DNA of 64,000 bases, from NCBI GenBank assembly GCA_038207155.1, contig JBBRAB010000008.1, forward strand, positions 27,709-91,708, given 5' to 3'. Position numbers and translations under genes: made by a program. The stretch comes from Polyangiales bacterium (GTDB taxonomy: Bacteria > Myxococcota_A > Polyangia > Polyangiales > Polyangiaceae). Positions within the stretch are counted from its first letter, which is position 1, and every line of letters begins with the position of its first letter. The notes beneath the pieces were generated by a model. That model was not told where the DNA came from and did not search any database. It saw only the letters and a program-made list of their open reading frames with translations. Positions 29,737-39,369 of this stretch are shown here, piece by piece.

Positions 29737-30201
29737 GTGCGCATCCCCTCGGCTCTCTTCGGGCTCACCAAGGAAATCCTGCGGCATTTGCTGAAACGCC
29801 CGGTGGTCGGCATTGCCGCAGCCGCACGCACCGCCGATGGCCGCTGGTTGCTGGTGCGGCGTGGAGACACCGGGCAATGGGCGCTCCCGGGCGGCACCCT
29901 CGAGTGGGGTGAAGAGCTCCGCAGCGCCATTGCGCGCGAGCTCGTGGAAGAGACCGGGGTCGAGGTGCTCTCACTCGGGGAGCTGCTCGGCGTCTACTCG
30001 GCGCCGGAGCGCGACCAGCGTTTTCATGCGGTCACGATCCTGGTGACCGCCCTGGTGAGCGAGCCGAAGGCACCGCCCACCAACTCGTTGGAGGTCACCG
30101 AGGTCCGACTATTCGCCGAGGCCGACCTACCGGTGGAGCTCTCCCACGGCATGACGGAGATGCTTGAGCATGCGCGGGGTGGGAAAAACCACTGGGAATA
30201 G
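29737..30201 (+). CDS. NUDIX hydrolase
   Basis: Nudix box GGTLEWGEELRSAIARELVEETGV. Confidence 0.85.
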   Translation: MRIPSALFGLTKEILRHLLKRPVVGIAAAARTADGRWLLVRRGDTGQWALPGGTLEWGEELRSAIARELVEETGVEVLSLGELLGVYSAPERDQRFHAVTILVTALVSEPKAPPTNSLEVTEVRLFAEADLPVELSHGMTEMLEHARGGKNHWE

Positions 30202-30279
30202 CTCCCGAGGAGGCCGCCGACGTCCCGAGCTCCCGGCCGAGGGTTGAGTGAATTGCCGCCTCGTGCGACAACGTTGGCA

Positions 30280-31413
30280 ATGATCCGCTCGCTTGCCCTT
30301 TGCTTCCTGCTCAGTCTCACGACCGGATGCCACTTTTTCGGGGGAGCGCGCCTGCGTGAGGTGTCCACCGCTTCAGGCAAACCGAGCAACGTCGCCTCGG
30401 TCGTGGCCGTGATGCGCAGTGAGCTTCCGGTGACGGGTTTGCCGGCCTCCTCCTTCAAGCTGTACGAAAACGGGCAGCTGCTCGATTCGACGGCAGTCGA
30501 GCTAAAGCTGCTCGATCCGCGGATGGTCGCCTCGATGCACACCGTGCTGCTCGTGGATCTGACGCAGACCTCCGACCGCACCGAGCTGGCCAAAGGGGTG
30601 GCGACCTTCGTCAAGCGCGCGCGCATGGCGACGCCAATTTCCGTGTTTACGTTCGACGGTGGAGAGCACCTGCGTTTCCTGCTCGAGCTGGCCGTCGATC
30701 CGACGGGCAGCGGTCCCGATATGGTTGAGGGCCTGGTGAACGCCAACCCGAGTGACAAGTCCCGCAATCTGCGTGGCGCGGTCGCCGAGGGCCTGGCAGC
30801 GCTCGACGCGCGCCTCAAGCGCGATGGCAAGCCGATCGAGCTGGGCACGCTCGTGGTGTTCTCGCGCGGACCAGATCTCGCCGGACGCGTCAGCGAAGAA
30901 GAGCTCAAGCCCAAGCTCGGAGAGAGCGCTCCCCAGCTCTATTACATTGGTGTCGAGGGGGATGCGACCGACAGCACCGTGAGCACGCTCGGGCGCTCGG
31001 GGCATGTGAACTCGCAAGCAGGCTCACCGCTCCCCATCGCATTTCAGGATGCCGCCTCCGCCGTCGCCAAGCTCAGCGAGCAATACTACCTGCTCTCCTA
31101 CTGCTCACCTTCACGCGCCGGTGAACGTCAGCTGCGGATCGAGGTCAGCGTGCCTGCGGCCGAAGGAGCGGACGAGCGCGACACGATTGAGACCCACTTT
31201 GACTCGACGGGTTTCACCGCCGGCTGTAACTCGAGCCAACCGCCGCGCTTCGTGGTCGCCAAGACCGAAAAGGCCACCCCCGTTGGCGATAAATCGGCTC
31301 CTACCACGACTCATCGCGACAACCCGAGCAGCCCCCCGGCGGGCGACGTGCCCGCGTCGGGCGGTGGCGATAGCGTCGTCCCGCCGCCTGCCAATCCTGG
31401 CTACGCCCCGTGA
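30280..31413 (+). CDS. lipoprotein, possibly VWA-like with degenerate MIDAS
   Basis: Lipobox signal MIRSLALCFLLSLTTGC. VLLVDLTQTSD resembles a DxSxS strand. Pro-rich tail. No strong family motif. Confidence 0.55.
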   Translation: MIRSLALCFLLSLTTGCHFFGGARLREVSTASGKPSNVASVVAVMRSELPVTGLPASSFKLYENGQLLDSTAVELKLLDPRMVASMHTVLLVDLTQTSDRTELAKGVATFVKRARMATPISVFTFDGGEHLRFLLELAVDPTGSGPDMVEGLVNANPSDKSRNLRGAVAEGLAALDARLKRDGKPIELGTLVVFSRGPDLAGRVSEEELKPKLGESAPQLYYIGVEGDATDSTVSTLGRSGHVNSQAGSPLPIAFQDAASAVAKLSEQYYLLSYCSPSRAGERQLRIEVSVPAAEGADERDTIETHFDSTGFTAGCNSSQPPRFVVAKTEKATPVGDKSAPTTTHRDNPSSPPAGDVPASGGGDSVVPPPANPGYAP

Positions 31414-31787
31414 CGACGAGGCTCCAGGGCGAGGTTGAGATCGAGCTGCGCGAATATGAGCGCGTCGTTTCGCGCGGCACGCATCGTGAGACTTGGCGCG
31501 TCCAGGTCGAAGACGAAGCGCTATCGGCCTGTGCCTGGCCGGGAGCACGGATGGAATCGCTCGATCGCCAACGCGGGGTGGTGTGGGAACGCAGTATCAC
31601 CCTCTCGCTCCCTGTTGGCAGCATCGTCGAGCTGGTGATTCGTACCCCAATGACCCAGCAACGCGCCTCAGCGCTGGACCATCTGATGGGGCGAACGAGT
31701 CGTGAAGTCGAGCATCAGCGTTGTCGCCAATTTCGCGTGACCGCTAGCGGAAAGCTCGTGGCCGTCGCTCCTCAGACGCGTCGGTGA
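31410..31787 (+). CDS. hypothetical protein
   Basis: 125-aa ORF whose GTG overlaps the upstream stop (GTGA). Moderate GC3 bias and no recognisable motif. Its 3' end overlaps the convergent HTH gene by 44 bp. Confidence 0.35.
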   Translation: MTTRLQGEVEIELREYERVVSRGTHRETWRVQVEDEALSACAWPGARMESLDRQRGVVWERSITLSLPVGSIVELVIRTPMTQQRASALDHLMGRTSREVEHQRCRQFRVTASGKLVAVAPQTRR

Positions 31788-32397
31788 GATCGACCAAACC
31801 GGGAACGAGAAGATCCGTCCAACCTGTGAGGTACTGGACGGCGTCGTAGGCGAGCTCGGGCCGAGCCGCCGCGAGACTGGCGCGCAGCTGGCGGGCTTGG
31901 TCGAGTTCAGCCGGTTCAAGCCCGCGCAGCGTGAGGATCACGATGCCCTGGGTCTTCGGCGAGGCCTCGAGAGCTCTCACGAGCGCAGAGACGCGGTTCG
32001 TCTGGCTTCCGAGCGAGCTCAGCGCCAGAAGCTCCAGCTGCTCCGCGGCGGCGCAGATCGCGGCACTGAAGGGGCAACGCAGCGCGTGGACCTCCGTCTT
32101 TGGCCCTTTAGGCCGCCCCTCGAGCACCTTGGGCGGTTCGGCCACGCCCAGCCAGCCGATTCGCAGGGGCAGCTTTCGCAGCTCCACTGGCGCCTCGAGT
32201 CCGCAGGCGCGCAGGAATCGAATCACCTCCAGGCGCCGAAATCGCAGATGGCCCCCCGGAGTGCGACGCCCCTTGAGCAACTCACGTCGCTCCCAGTTGT
32301 GGACACTCTTGAGGTCCACGCCCAGCAAACGCGACAAATCACCAGCGGTGAGCTCACCGGCAGCGTCAGGAAGATCGGAAAACCGCGGCATACCCAA
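31744..32397 (-). CDS. excisionase/MerR-type HTH DNA-binding protein with C-terminal alpha/beta domain
   Basis: HTH segment LTAGDLSRLLGVDLKSVHNWERRELLKGRRTPGGHLRFRRLEVIRFL. Divergent from the REC-EAL gene. Confidence 0.6.
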   Translation of the reverse strand: MGMPRFSDLPDAAGELTAGDLSRLLGVDLKSVHNWERRELLKGRRTPGGHLRFRRLEVIRFLRACGLEAPVELRKLPLRIGWLGVAEPPKVLEGRPKGPKTEVHALRCPFSAAICAAAEQLELLALSSLGSQTNRVSALVRALEASPKTQGIVILTLRGLEPAELDQARQLRASLAAARPELAYDAVQYLTGWTDLLVPGLVDLTDASEERRPRAFR

Positions 32398-32461
32398 GAC
32401 GCAGAGTGACCACAGCTGCCCCGGCTGCGCATCACCCCCAGGGGTGGTCCGGGCGCTGAAA

Positions 32462-33862
32462 ATGGGGTGGAACTCGCCCGGAGCGAAGGGGCCCTTTGAT
32501 TTTCCAGCGGAGGGATGGACTCAAGTCTCCGAGCCCTTGGCCGTTGTGACCCGCATGAAGCCGAACTCAACCTACCCCCAGGCGGCGCCCCCCACCGAGG
32601 GACGCTCGGCGGGAGAGGCGCCCTCGGCCGCCCACCTCAAGACCGCGGTCGGAGGCAGCCTCATTCCCCTGCGCGACGCTGCCTCGCTGTCTTCGGAGGA
32701 AATCGCCAAACCACGGCACATCCTGCTCGTCGATGATGACCCGTCGATCCTGCGGGGTCTCAGCCGAGTGCTCAGGTCACGCGGCTACCTGATTTCAACC
32801 GCCAACAACGGGACCGAAGCGGTCGCCTTGGTTGGAAAAAACGATTTTGACGCGATCTTAACCGACATTGCGATGCCGGGTATGGATGGCATCACGCTGC
32901 TCCGTGAAGTGCGCACCCACGATCTCCACGTGCCGGTGATTCTCGTGACGGGCGAGCCCGCGGTCGATACCGCTGTTCAGGCCCTGGAATACGGCGCACT
33001 TCACTACTTGACCAAGCCCGTCCCGCTGGACGCCCTTGAGCGAGCGCTCGACAAAGCGGTGCAGCTGCATCGCATGGCGCGACTTCGCCAAAGGGCGGCT
33101 GAATTGCTCGGTCAGACCACGACCCATGCGGCAGATCGGGCGGGGCTGGAAGTCAGCTTTCGCCGCTGCATCGACACACTGTGGATGGCGATGCATCCCA
33201 TCGTCGACGTCAAGAGCAAGACCATTTTCGGGTTTGAAGCCCTGCTCCGGAGTAATGAACCGAGCCTCCCGCACCCCGGTGCGGTGCTCGACGCCGCCGA
33301 GCGGCTCGGACAGCTCGATCAGCTCGGACGTATCATTCGCGATCGCGCCGCCACCCCCGTGCTGGAGCAGAGTCGCCCCGAGCAGTTGTTCGTCAACCTT
33401 CATGTGACCGATCTGCTCGACCCCCACCTCCTGTCGCCCGAGTCGCAGCTCGCACGCATCGCTCCGCAAGTGATCCTTGAGATCACCGAACGCGCGTCGC
33501 TCGACAAGGTGCCTGACGTGCGCCAGAGAATCGCAATCTTGCGCGAGCTCGGCTATCGAATCGCCGTCGATGACCTCGGCGCCGGCTACGCCGGACTCAC
33601 GAGTTTTGCGCTACTTGAGCCTGATTTCGTCAAGCTCGACATGACGCTCATTCGCGGCATTGACTCCAACACCACCAAGCAGAAGGTGGTGCGCTCAATG
33701 GCCTCCCTCTGTCGCGAGATGGGCATGCACGTGGTCGCCGAAGGGGTGGAAACCCCTGAGGAATACCAAACCCTGGTGGAGCTCGATTGCGAACTGCTTC
33801 AGGGCTTCCTCTTCGCCAAGCCCGGCCGGCCCTTCCCGGAGGCAGTGTGGCCGACGGAATGA
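32462..33862 (+). CDS. response regulator with EAL (c-di-GMP phosphodiesterase) domain
   Basis: Receiver (HILLVDDDPS...ILTDIAMPGMDG). EAL motifs FGFEALLRS, EITERA, DDLGAGYAGL, VAEGVET and QGFLFAKP. Start is ATG 32462 or 32555. The 31931 ORF start would overlap the opposite gene. Confidence 0.85.
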   Translation: MGWNSPGAKGPFDFPAEGWTQVSEPLAVVTRMKPNSTYPQAAPPTEGRSAGEAPSAAHLKTAVGGSLIPLRDAASLSSEEIAKPRHILLVDDDPSILRGLSRVLRSRGYLISTANNGTEAVALVGKNDFDAILTDIAMPGMDGITLLREVRTHDLHVPVILVTGEPAVDTAVQALEYGALHYLTKPVPLDALERALDKAVQLHRMARLRQRAAELLGQTTTHAADRAGLEVSFRRCIDTLWMAMHPIVDVKSKTIFGFEALLRSNEPSLPHPGAVLDAAERLGQLDQLGRIIRDRAATPVLEQSRPEQLFVNLHVTDLLDPHLLSPESQLARIAPQVILEITERASLDKVPDVRQRIAILRELGYRIAVDDLGAGYAGLTSFALLEPDFVKLDMTLIRGIDSNTTKQKVVRSMASLCREMGMHVVAEGVETPEEYQTLVELDCELLQGFLFAKPGRPFPEAVWPTE

Positions 33863-34923
33863 ATCCCTCCGAGCGACGAGTCCAGTCCGTCGGTGGCACC
33901 GGCGCACGCGAGCCCGCTCCCCCCCCACCGCAGGAAGCCAACCACGAGCTCACGCTTGGTGGTCACCCCGCGGATCACCTGCGCGCCGTCTACTTGCTGA
34001 CGAGCGAGTTCAACGAGGATGAGCCGAATACGGTCGTCACCTCGCCGCCGGGTGCCGAGGCGCATAATCAGAACCCCGATTTTCTGTCAGAGCCCGTCGA
34101 TCGCCCGATTTTGTTGCGACTTGACGGCGTGGAAGCGGGCGAGGTCGTTTCCCTTCGCAGCTTCCCCTGCGACATCGGTCGACACCCGAACTGTGGACTC
34201 ATCCTCGACGACGCTGGCGTCAGCCGTCGCCATGCGCAGCTAGTGGCCGATGAGGACGACCTCTTCCTGGTCGATCTCGGGTCTCGCAATGGCACCTTCA
34301 TCGAAGGGGTCCGGATCGATCGCGCCCCCCTCAAGGACGGCTGCCTGATCCAGATCGGTCTGCACGTCGGGTTCCGCTACACGCTCGTGGACGCGCGCCA
34401 AGAAACCCTGCTGCGCGACCTGTACCGTTCCAGCACGCGCGACGCACTCACTGGCCTTTACAACCGGCGTCATTTCGACGATCGCCTCCGGAGTGAGATC
34501 GCCTACGCCTTGCGCCACAAGGCAGATCTCGGAGTTCTGCTGGTCGATATCGATTTTTTCAAGCGCATCAATGACACCTACGGTCATGCCGGAGGCGATG
34601 CGGCGCTGCGTCAGATCTCCAAGACCCTGGCGCAACAGCTGCGCACCGAAGACATCATCGCGCGGGTCGGCGGGGAAGAGTTCGCCGTGCTACTTCGCGG
34701 GACCGACGCTGGAGGAGCCGCTCGCCTCGGGGAGCGCCTACGCGCGGCGGTTGAGACGAACCCCATCATGTACGAGAACCACTCGATCCCGCTGACGATC
34801 AGCGTGGGCTGCGCCTCGTTCACCGAACTCGAAGAAGTCGACGCTGCTCGCCTCTTCAAGCTGGCCGATGATCGGCTGTATCAGGCCAAGCGCAGCGGTC
34901 GCAATCGAGTCGTTCAGCGCTAA
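33859..34923 (+). CDS. FHA-domain diguanylate cyclase (GGDEF)
   Basis: FHA (IGRHPNCGLILDDAGVSRRHAQL...GSRNGTFI). GGDEF (DALTGLYNRR, RVGGEEFAVLL). The ATG overlaps the EAL stop (ATGA at 33859-33862). Confidence 0.9.
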   Translation: MNPSERRVQSVGGTGAREPAPPPPQEANHELTLGGHPADHLRAVYLLTSEFNEDEPNTVVTSPPGAEAHNQNPDFLSEPVDRPILLRLDGVEAGEVVSLRSFPCDIGRHPNCGLILDDAGVSRRHAQLVADEDDLFLVDLGSRNGTFIEGVRIDRAPLKDGCLIQIGLHVGFRYTLVDARQETLLRDLYRSSTRDALTGLYNRRHFDDRLRSEIAYALRHKADLGVLLVDIDFFKRINDTYGHAGGDAALRQISKTLAQQLRTEDIIARVGGEEFAVLLRGTDAGGAARLGERLRAAVETNPIMYENHSIPLTISVGCASFTELEEVDAARLFKLADDRLYQAKRSGRNRVVQR

Positions 34924-35408
34924 CCGCCCGGTTTTCGGCGACCCTGTTTCACCCGCAGCGGCTGCCCCGCGAGCTCCTCGAGCGCCGTGAGCTGCTCGGG
35001 CGTCACGGGCATCACACTGAGCCGCGAGTGACGAACCAGGGCCAGCTCGGCGAGGCGAGAATCCGCCTTGATCTCGGCCAAGGGGAGCGGTCGCCGCAAT
35101 GCAAAGCGCGGCACCACGTCAACCACGCTGAACGTCTCTGCGCCCGGCTCAGGCCGCGCAGCGCTGGTGACCTCGGCGACGCCGACCAAGGCGGGAGATT
35201 TCCCAGAATGGTAAAAGAGCCACAGATCCCCCGGCCTTGCGGCCCTGATGCAGTTGCGCGCCTGGTAGTTGCGCACGCCGTCCCAAGAGCTGCGCCCTTC
35301 ACGCACGAGCCGCTCAAAGGAGTAGGTCTCTGGTTCACTCTTGGCGAGCCAGAGCTGAGTGCTCACGAGGACGGGGGCGGGAACCTGCGGTTTTTTTGCG
35401 GCGGCCAT
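34920..35408 (-). CDS. EVE (PUA-like) domain protein
   Basis: WLAKSEPETYSFERLVREGRSSWDGVRNYQARNCIRAARPGDLWLFYHSG. Its stop overlaps the GGDEF stop on the other strand. Confidence 0.85.
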   Translation of the reverse strand: MAAAKKPQVPAPVLVSTQLWLAKSEPETYSFERLVREGRSSWDGVRNYQARNCIRAARPGDLWLFYHSGKSPALVGVAEVTSAARPEPGAETFSVVDVVPRFALRRPLPLAEIKADSRLAELALVRHSRLSVMPVTPEQLTALEELAGQPLRVKQGRRKPGG

Positions 35409-35467
35409 GCGGGACCATGCTCGACTGAGTCGGCTCTGTAGCGCGCGTGCCGGCAGTCCGTAAGTGC

Positions 35468-36718
35468 TCAGTCGCGCTTCTGATCCGGCAGCTCAAGCAC
35501 GAGAGGGCAATGATCACTCAGGTGGCGACTGGCCGCAGGGCTGGCGCCACTTCGAGATTCGCAGGCATTGAGCCGACAGACGCCAAAGGACTGCGAGCGG
35601 AGCCCGGCGGGCAACTCGAGCATGCTGCGAGTCGCCACGAAGTGGTCGAGAAGGCCCGGTCGGCGCTGGTAGTAATGCGTGCACGGGGGCTCAGCCGGAA
35701 CGCGACGCGTGGACGGTTCCGCGGCAAGCAGGGTCCGGTCGAGCTCGGCCGCCTCGGCGGAGCTCCCGACCACCGGCAAGCAGTCCTCGCAACCCATCGT
35801 GTTGAAATCCCCGAGAAAAACCACGTCTCCGTCGCTTCGGCGTTCCGCAACGCGCCGCGCGATCCCCGCAAACGACTCGAGTGACCGTTTCCGCAAGGTC
35901 AGATCGTTTTCGGTCGCGCCGCTCTTCAGGTGCAGCGAGACGAAATGGGCGTCCAGCCCGCCCGGAAACGTGAGATCGACGCCGAGCCCCGGACGCAGCT
36001 GCCCGGTACAAGCGTCGCCCTTCGGGTTGATGCTGCCGTGGACCTCGAAGTGCTGTGCCGAGACGCGCGTCGTATCGACGAGCCATCCCACATGCTGGCC
36101 TGGGTTGAGCGGACAGTCGTCGAGCTCCGCCCGGTGACGCCCTCCGGTCTGGGCGTCGAGGCGCTGGGTGAGCAGCGCCAAGGCGTCACGCCCATGGCTG
36201 CTGATCTTGATTTCCTGAAGCGCGAGCGCGTCCAGGTTCAACCACGCGAGCACGCACGAGAGCCACTCCACGTCCGTGGCCATCGAAGGCCGCGGAGTTC
36301 CGCCGGGAACGCCGTCAGGAAACCAGCGGACGTTCAACGTCCCAATGCGCGCGACCCCTTCGCGGCGAGGCATGCGACCTCCGCGCACAAGCTCGGCCTG
36401 ACAGGCCTCGGGAGACTCAAAAATACGACGGTGCGCCGCCTCGAGCTCAGGCGTCAGTTGCCCTGAATTTGAGCGCGATTCCGCATCGAGCGACTGCGAC
36501 CGGCGCGGCACCACGCTGCCCCCATGCCGCTGCGGCGACTCCCCCGAGCTCGGCGCGTGCCAGCGCGGACGTTTGGCGCCCCGGCCGTCGGCGAGCCCCG
36601 ACTGAAACTCGAGCTTCGGCGACGCTTCGCTGCCCGCTGCCGAGCGCTCAACAAACAGCTCGCAGCCAAGCGGCATCAGCGCGAGTAGCAGCACCAGCGT
36701 TCGACCAAGCAGGCTCAT
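35468..36718 (-). CDS. endonuclease/exonuclease/phosphatase (EEP) family lipoprotein
   Basis: Lipobox signal MSLLGRTLVLLLALMPLGC. EEP C-terminal motif LSDHCPLVLEL. The ATG overlaps the upstream stop (ATGA). Confidence 0.8.
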   Translation of the reverse strand: MSLLGRTLVLLLALMPLGCELFVERSAAGSEASPKLEFQSGLADGRGAKRPRWHAPSSGESPQRHGGSVVPRRSQSLDAESRSNSGQLTPELEAAHRRIFESPEACQAELVRGGRMPRREGVARIGTLNVRWFPDGVPGGTPRPSMATDVEWLSCVLAWLNLDALALQEIKISSHGRDALALLTQRLDAQTGGRHRAELDDCPLNPGQHVGWLVDTTRVSAQHFEVHGSINPKGDACTGQLRPGLGVDLTFPGGLDAHFVSLHLKSGATENDLTLRKRSLESFAGIARRVAERRSDGDVVFLGDFNTMGCEDCLPVVGSSAEAAELDRTLLAAEPSTRRVPAEPPCTHYYQRRPGLLDHFVATRSMLELPAGLRSQSFGVCRLNACESRSGASPAASRHLSDHCPLVLELPDQKRD

Positions 36719-37674
36719 CGCGAAGACTCCGACATCGACGGTGCAGCGGGAGCGCGCCCGTCGGGCACCACCAGTAGTTCGAACCACAGCTCGCGTCCCC
36801 CTGCTTCGCGTAGTGTGGCACTTCCTGGAGCATTCGGGGACGGAGCCTCGTAGCTCACCCCGATCACATCCCCGCGCTCGCTTCGGGCAAGCTCGCTGCC
36901 CTGCCCCTGCCGCAGAGCGGCGCGGAGCTCAAAACACTGGGGCTGGGCCGGTCCGTCCGCGGTCACCGCAAAGCGACCAGCCACCAGCAGTCGGCCCACC
37001 CGCTCGAGCAGTCGCTGCAACATCGGAGGAGGCGCGGGCTCACGCAGCTTCCACGCCTCCACCCGCCCCTCAGCGGACAGCTCCAGGCAGAATCGAGCCC
37101 GCCCGCGCGTGCCGACCTCGCCTTCCCACCAGCCCGCCTCGCCCGTCGTTGCCACCGGCAGCGCGCGAGCGAGGGCCCGCGGCAGCCGCCGCTCGCGAAT
37201 ATCAAATCCGAGCCCGCCGTAGCTGCTCGGTGCGCTCGGCTGGGCCTCGGAGGCGCCAAGCGATGCCGGACCTGCCTGCGTCGCGCCAGCGGTGGTCCCC
37301 GGGGCTCCCGTGCCCGGTTCTGGTGCGGTCTCGGGGGCGCCATGGGCGAGCGGCGGTTGAGCCGCAGCCGCTGGCGAATTGGGCTCCCTCGGCCGGGGTG
37401 ATTTTGACGGCGTGGAAGCGAGGGTGGGCGGAGCCGCTGGCGCGCTGGGGCTGGCCTCGGTCGGCGCGGCCGTCGGTGCCGGCGTCGGTGCCGGCGCGGG
37501 CTCGCGCGATACGTCGAAGCTCGTGCCCCGGGCCAGCTCTCCGGCTCGCGTGTCGGTCGGCGGGGGACGCAACCAAGGACGCGCTGACGGACTCGCTCCA
37601 AGCGAGAGCACGGCGGCCCCATGAGCAACCAGGGAGAGCAGGGTGGCCCCCAGAAAGACGCGGCTGGCGCGCAT
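36715..37674 (-). CDS. membrane-anchored Pro/Ala-rich protein with TonB-C-like C-terminal domain
   Basis: N-terminal TM (VFLGATLLSLVAHGAAVL), a long PA-rich linker and a C-terminal about 110-aa globular part. The architecture resembles TonB-like proteins, but the assignment is weak. Confidence 0.5.
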   Translation of the reverse strand: MRASRVFLGATLLSLVAHGAAVLSLGASPSARPWLRPPPTDTRAGELARGTSFDVSREPAPAPTPAPTAAPTEASPSAPAAPPTLASTPSKSPRPREPNSPAAAAQPPLAHGAPETAPEPGTGAPGTTAGATQAGPASLGASEAQPSAPSSYGGLGFDIRERRLPRALARALPVATTGEAGWWEGEVGTRGRARFCLELSAEGRVEAWKLREPAPPPMLQRLLERVGRLLVAGRFAVTADGPAQPQCFELRAALRQGQGSELARSERGDVIGVSYEAPSPNAPGSATLREAGGRELWFELLVVPDGRAPAAPSMSESSR

Positions 37675-37880
37675 CAGAGGGTCACTCTGACACGCGCGAC
37701 CGAGCCGGTCATCCCTGAGGGGGCTTGCATTGCGCCCTCAGCGCTACGAAGTATTGGGGGCGCCCCGATACGCGCCCATGCCGCCCCACCGCCTGTGCCC
37801 GGAGGCTCCCCTCCCACCGTCTCCAGGTGACCCCGGGGGCCGTCTCCCGCTCGCCCCATGCGTCCGAGTCATCCCTCGTT

Positions 37881-39182
37881 ATGAGCGTCCACCAGCTCCC
37901 GAGTTGCACCAACGACCCTGCTCCCTTCCTGCTCGGCGTCAACTACTGGCCGCGCGAGAAGGCGATGCGGATGTGGAAAGCCTTTGACATCGACGAGGTG
38001 CATGAGGACTTCGCGCTGATCGCCGAGCTCGGGCTCGACGTGGTTCGGATCTTCCTGCTGTGGGAGGATTTTCAACCCGATCCGCGCGAGCTGCGCTGTT
38101 CCAGCCTAGCCCACCTACTCGAGCTGGCCGATGCCGCCGCGGCCGAGGGGTTGCGGCTCGATCTCACGTTCTTCACGGGTCACATGAGCGGACCCAACTG
38201 GGCGCCCGAGTGGTTGCTCGATCCGACCGCCGCGCCTCACGGCGGGCGCCCGGTGGTCTCGCGCGGACGCCGACAGCCGGGCGGGATCCGGAACCCCTAC
38301 ACCGATCCGCTCGCGCGCAAAGCCGCCCTGCGCATGGTGCGCGGCATCGCTCGCTCGGTTGGCTGTCATCCCGCGGTTTGGGCCTATAACCTCGGCAATG
38401 AGCCTGATTTGTTCGCGCTCCCGCCGTCGGCGGAGTTGGCGCGCGACTGGATGCGCGAGCTCTCGGATGCGATTCACAACGTTGATCCGAAGCATCCAGT
38501 CACCTGTGGACTGCATACCGACAGCCTAACGCAAGACAACGGACTGCGCGTCGATCAGATCTTTGCGCCGCTCGATTTCGCAGCGATGCACGCTTACCCG
38601 ATGTACCAGAGCTGGGCGCGCGGTCCGCTCGATCCCGACGTGGTGCCGTTCGCCTGCGCGCTCACCACGGCCCTTTCGGGCAAGCCTTGCTTGGCCGAAG
38701 AGTGGGGAGGCTGCACGATGCCCCTGGGACAACCGGCGGGGCAACGCGTCGTGACCGCGACGGGCCAAACCCAATTTATGGCCTCAGAAGAGGACATGGC
38801 CACGTACGTGCAAGCGGTACTTCCAAAGCTGGTCGAGGTGGGAGCCACCGGGGCGTTTCTCTGGAACTTCGCTGACTACTCGCCTTCGATTTGGGGTCAG
38901 CCCCCCTGCGATGAGTACGAGCACGAGCGCTCGTTTGGCCTGATGCGCGCAGACGGAAGCCTAAAGCCCCACGCTGAGGTTCTGCGACGATTCGCCGACA
39001 CCAACCCCAGCGTCGCTCCGGCCAGCCAGCGCGTGATGCTCAAGGGGACGGCGGACGACTACTACCGCGACCCCAGCGCCCACTTGCGTGAGCTCTATGC
39101 TGAGTTCACCAACACTGACCCGCGGGAACGGCGAACATGGGATATCCCACGGGTCCTTCGCCCTCTCCCCGGAAATCGCTAG
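37881..39182 (+). CDS. clan GH-A (GH5-like TIM-barrel) glycoside hydrolase, no signal peptide
   Basis: LGVNYWPRE...GLDVVRIFLLWEDFQP, plus a conserved acid/base-type motif YNLGNEPD. ATG at 37881. Confidence 0.7.
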   Translation: MSVHQLPSCTNDPAPFLLGVNYWPREKAMRMWKAFDIDEVHEDFALIAELGLDVVRIFLLWEDFQPDPRELRCSSLAHLLELADAAAAEGLRLDLTFFTGHMSGPNWAPEWLLDPTAAPHGGRPVVSRGRRQPGGIRNPYTDPLARKAALRMVRGIARSVGCHPAVWAYNLGNEPDLFALPPSAELARDWMRELSDAIHNVDPKHPVTCGLHTDSLTQDNGLRVDQIFAPLDFAAMHAYPMYQSWARGPLDPDVVPFACALTTALSGKPCLAEEWGGCTMPLGQPAGQRVVTATGQTQFMASEEDMATYVQAVLPKLVEVGATGAFLWNFADYSPSIWGQPPCDEYEHERSFGLMRADGSLKPHAEVLRRFADTNPSVAPASQRVMLKGTADDYYRDPSAHLRELYAEFTNTDPRERRTWDIPRVLRPLPGNR

Positions 39183-39369
39183 TCGCGCTGTTTCACAGCT
39201 GTTTCATGTGATTTCTGTCGACAGCGCATTCGGTCTCGTAGCCTCATTATCGAATGAGGGAGTAATCCCCCGGCCACATAAGAACAGTTGCAGTTCGGAC
39301 TGACAAGGATCACCCTTCGGGAGTCTTTCGCTGGGTGAGAAGATACTTGGGGAGCCTCCACCAGTCACA

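Noticed and set aside
31931-32461. Start of the REC-EAL ORF at 31931
   Set aside because: The first 177 codons are Ser/Arg-rich and fully overlap the opposite-strand HTH gene. The receiver domain begins well after ATG 32462.
34920-36718. EVE domain plus EEP nuclease as a modification-dependent restriction module
   Set aside because: The EEP protein has a clear lipoprotein signal peptide, so it should be extracytoplasmic. No McrB-type GTPase, HNH or PD-(D/E)xK partner is present, and the EVE protein is a stand-alone domain.
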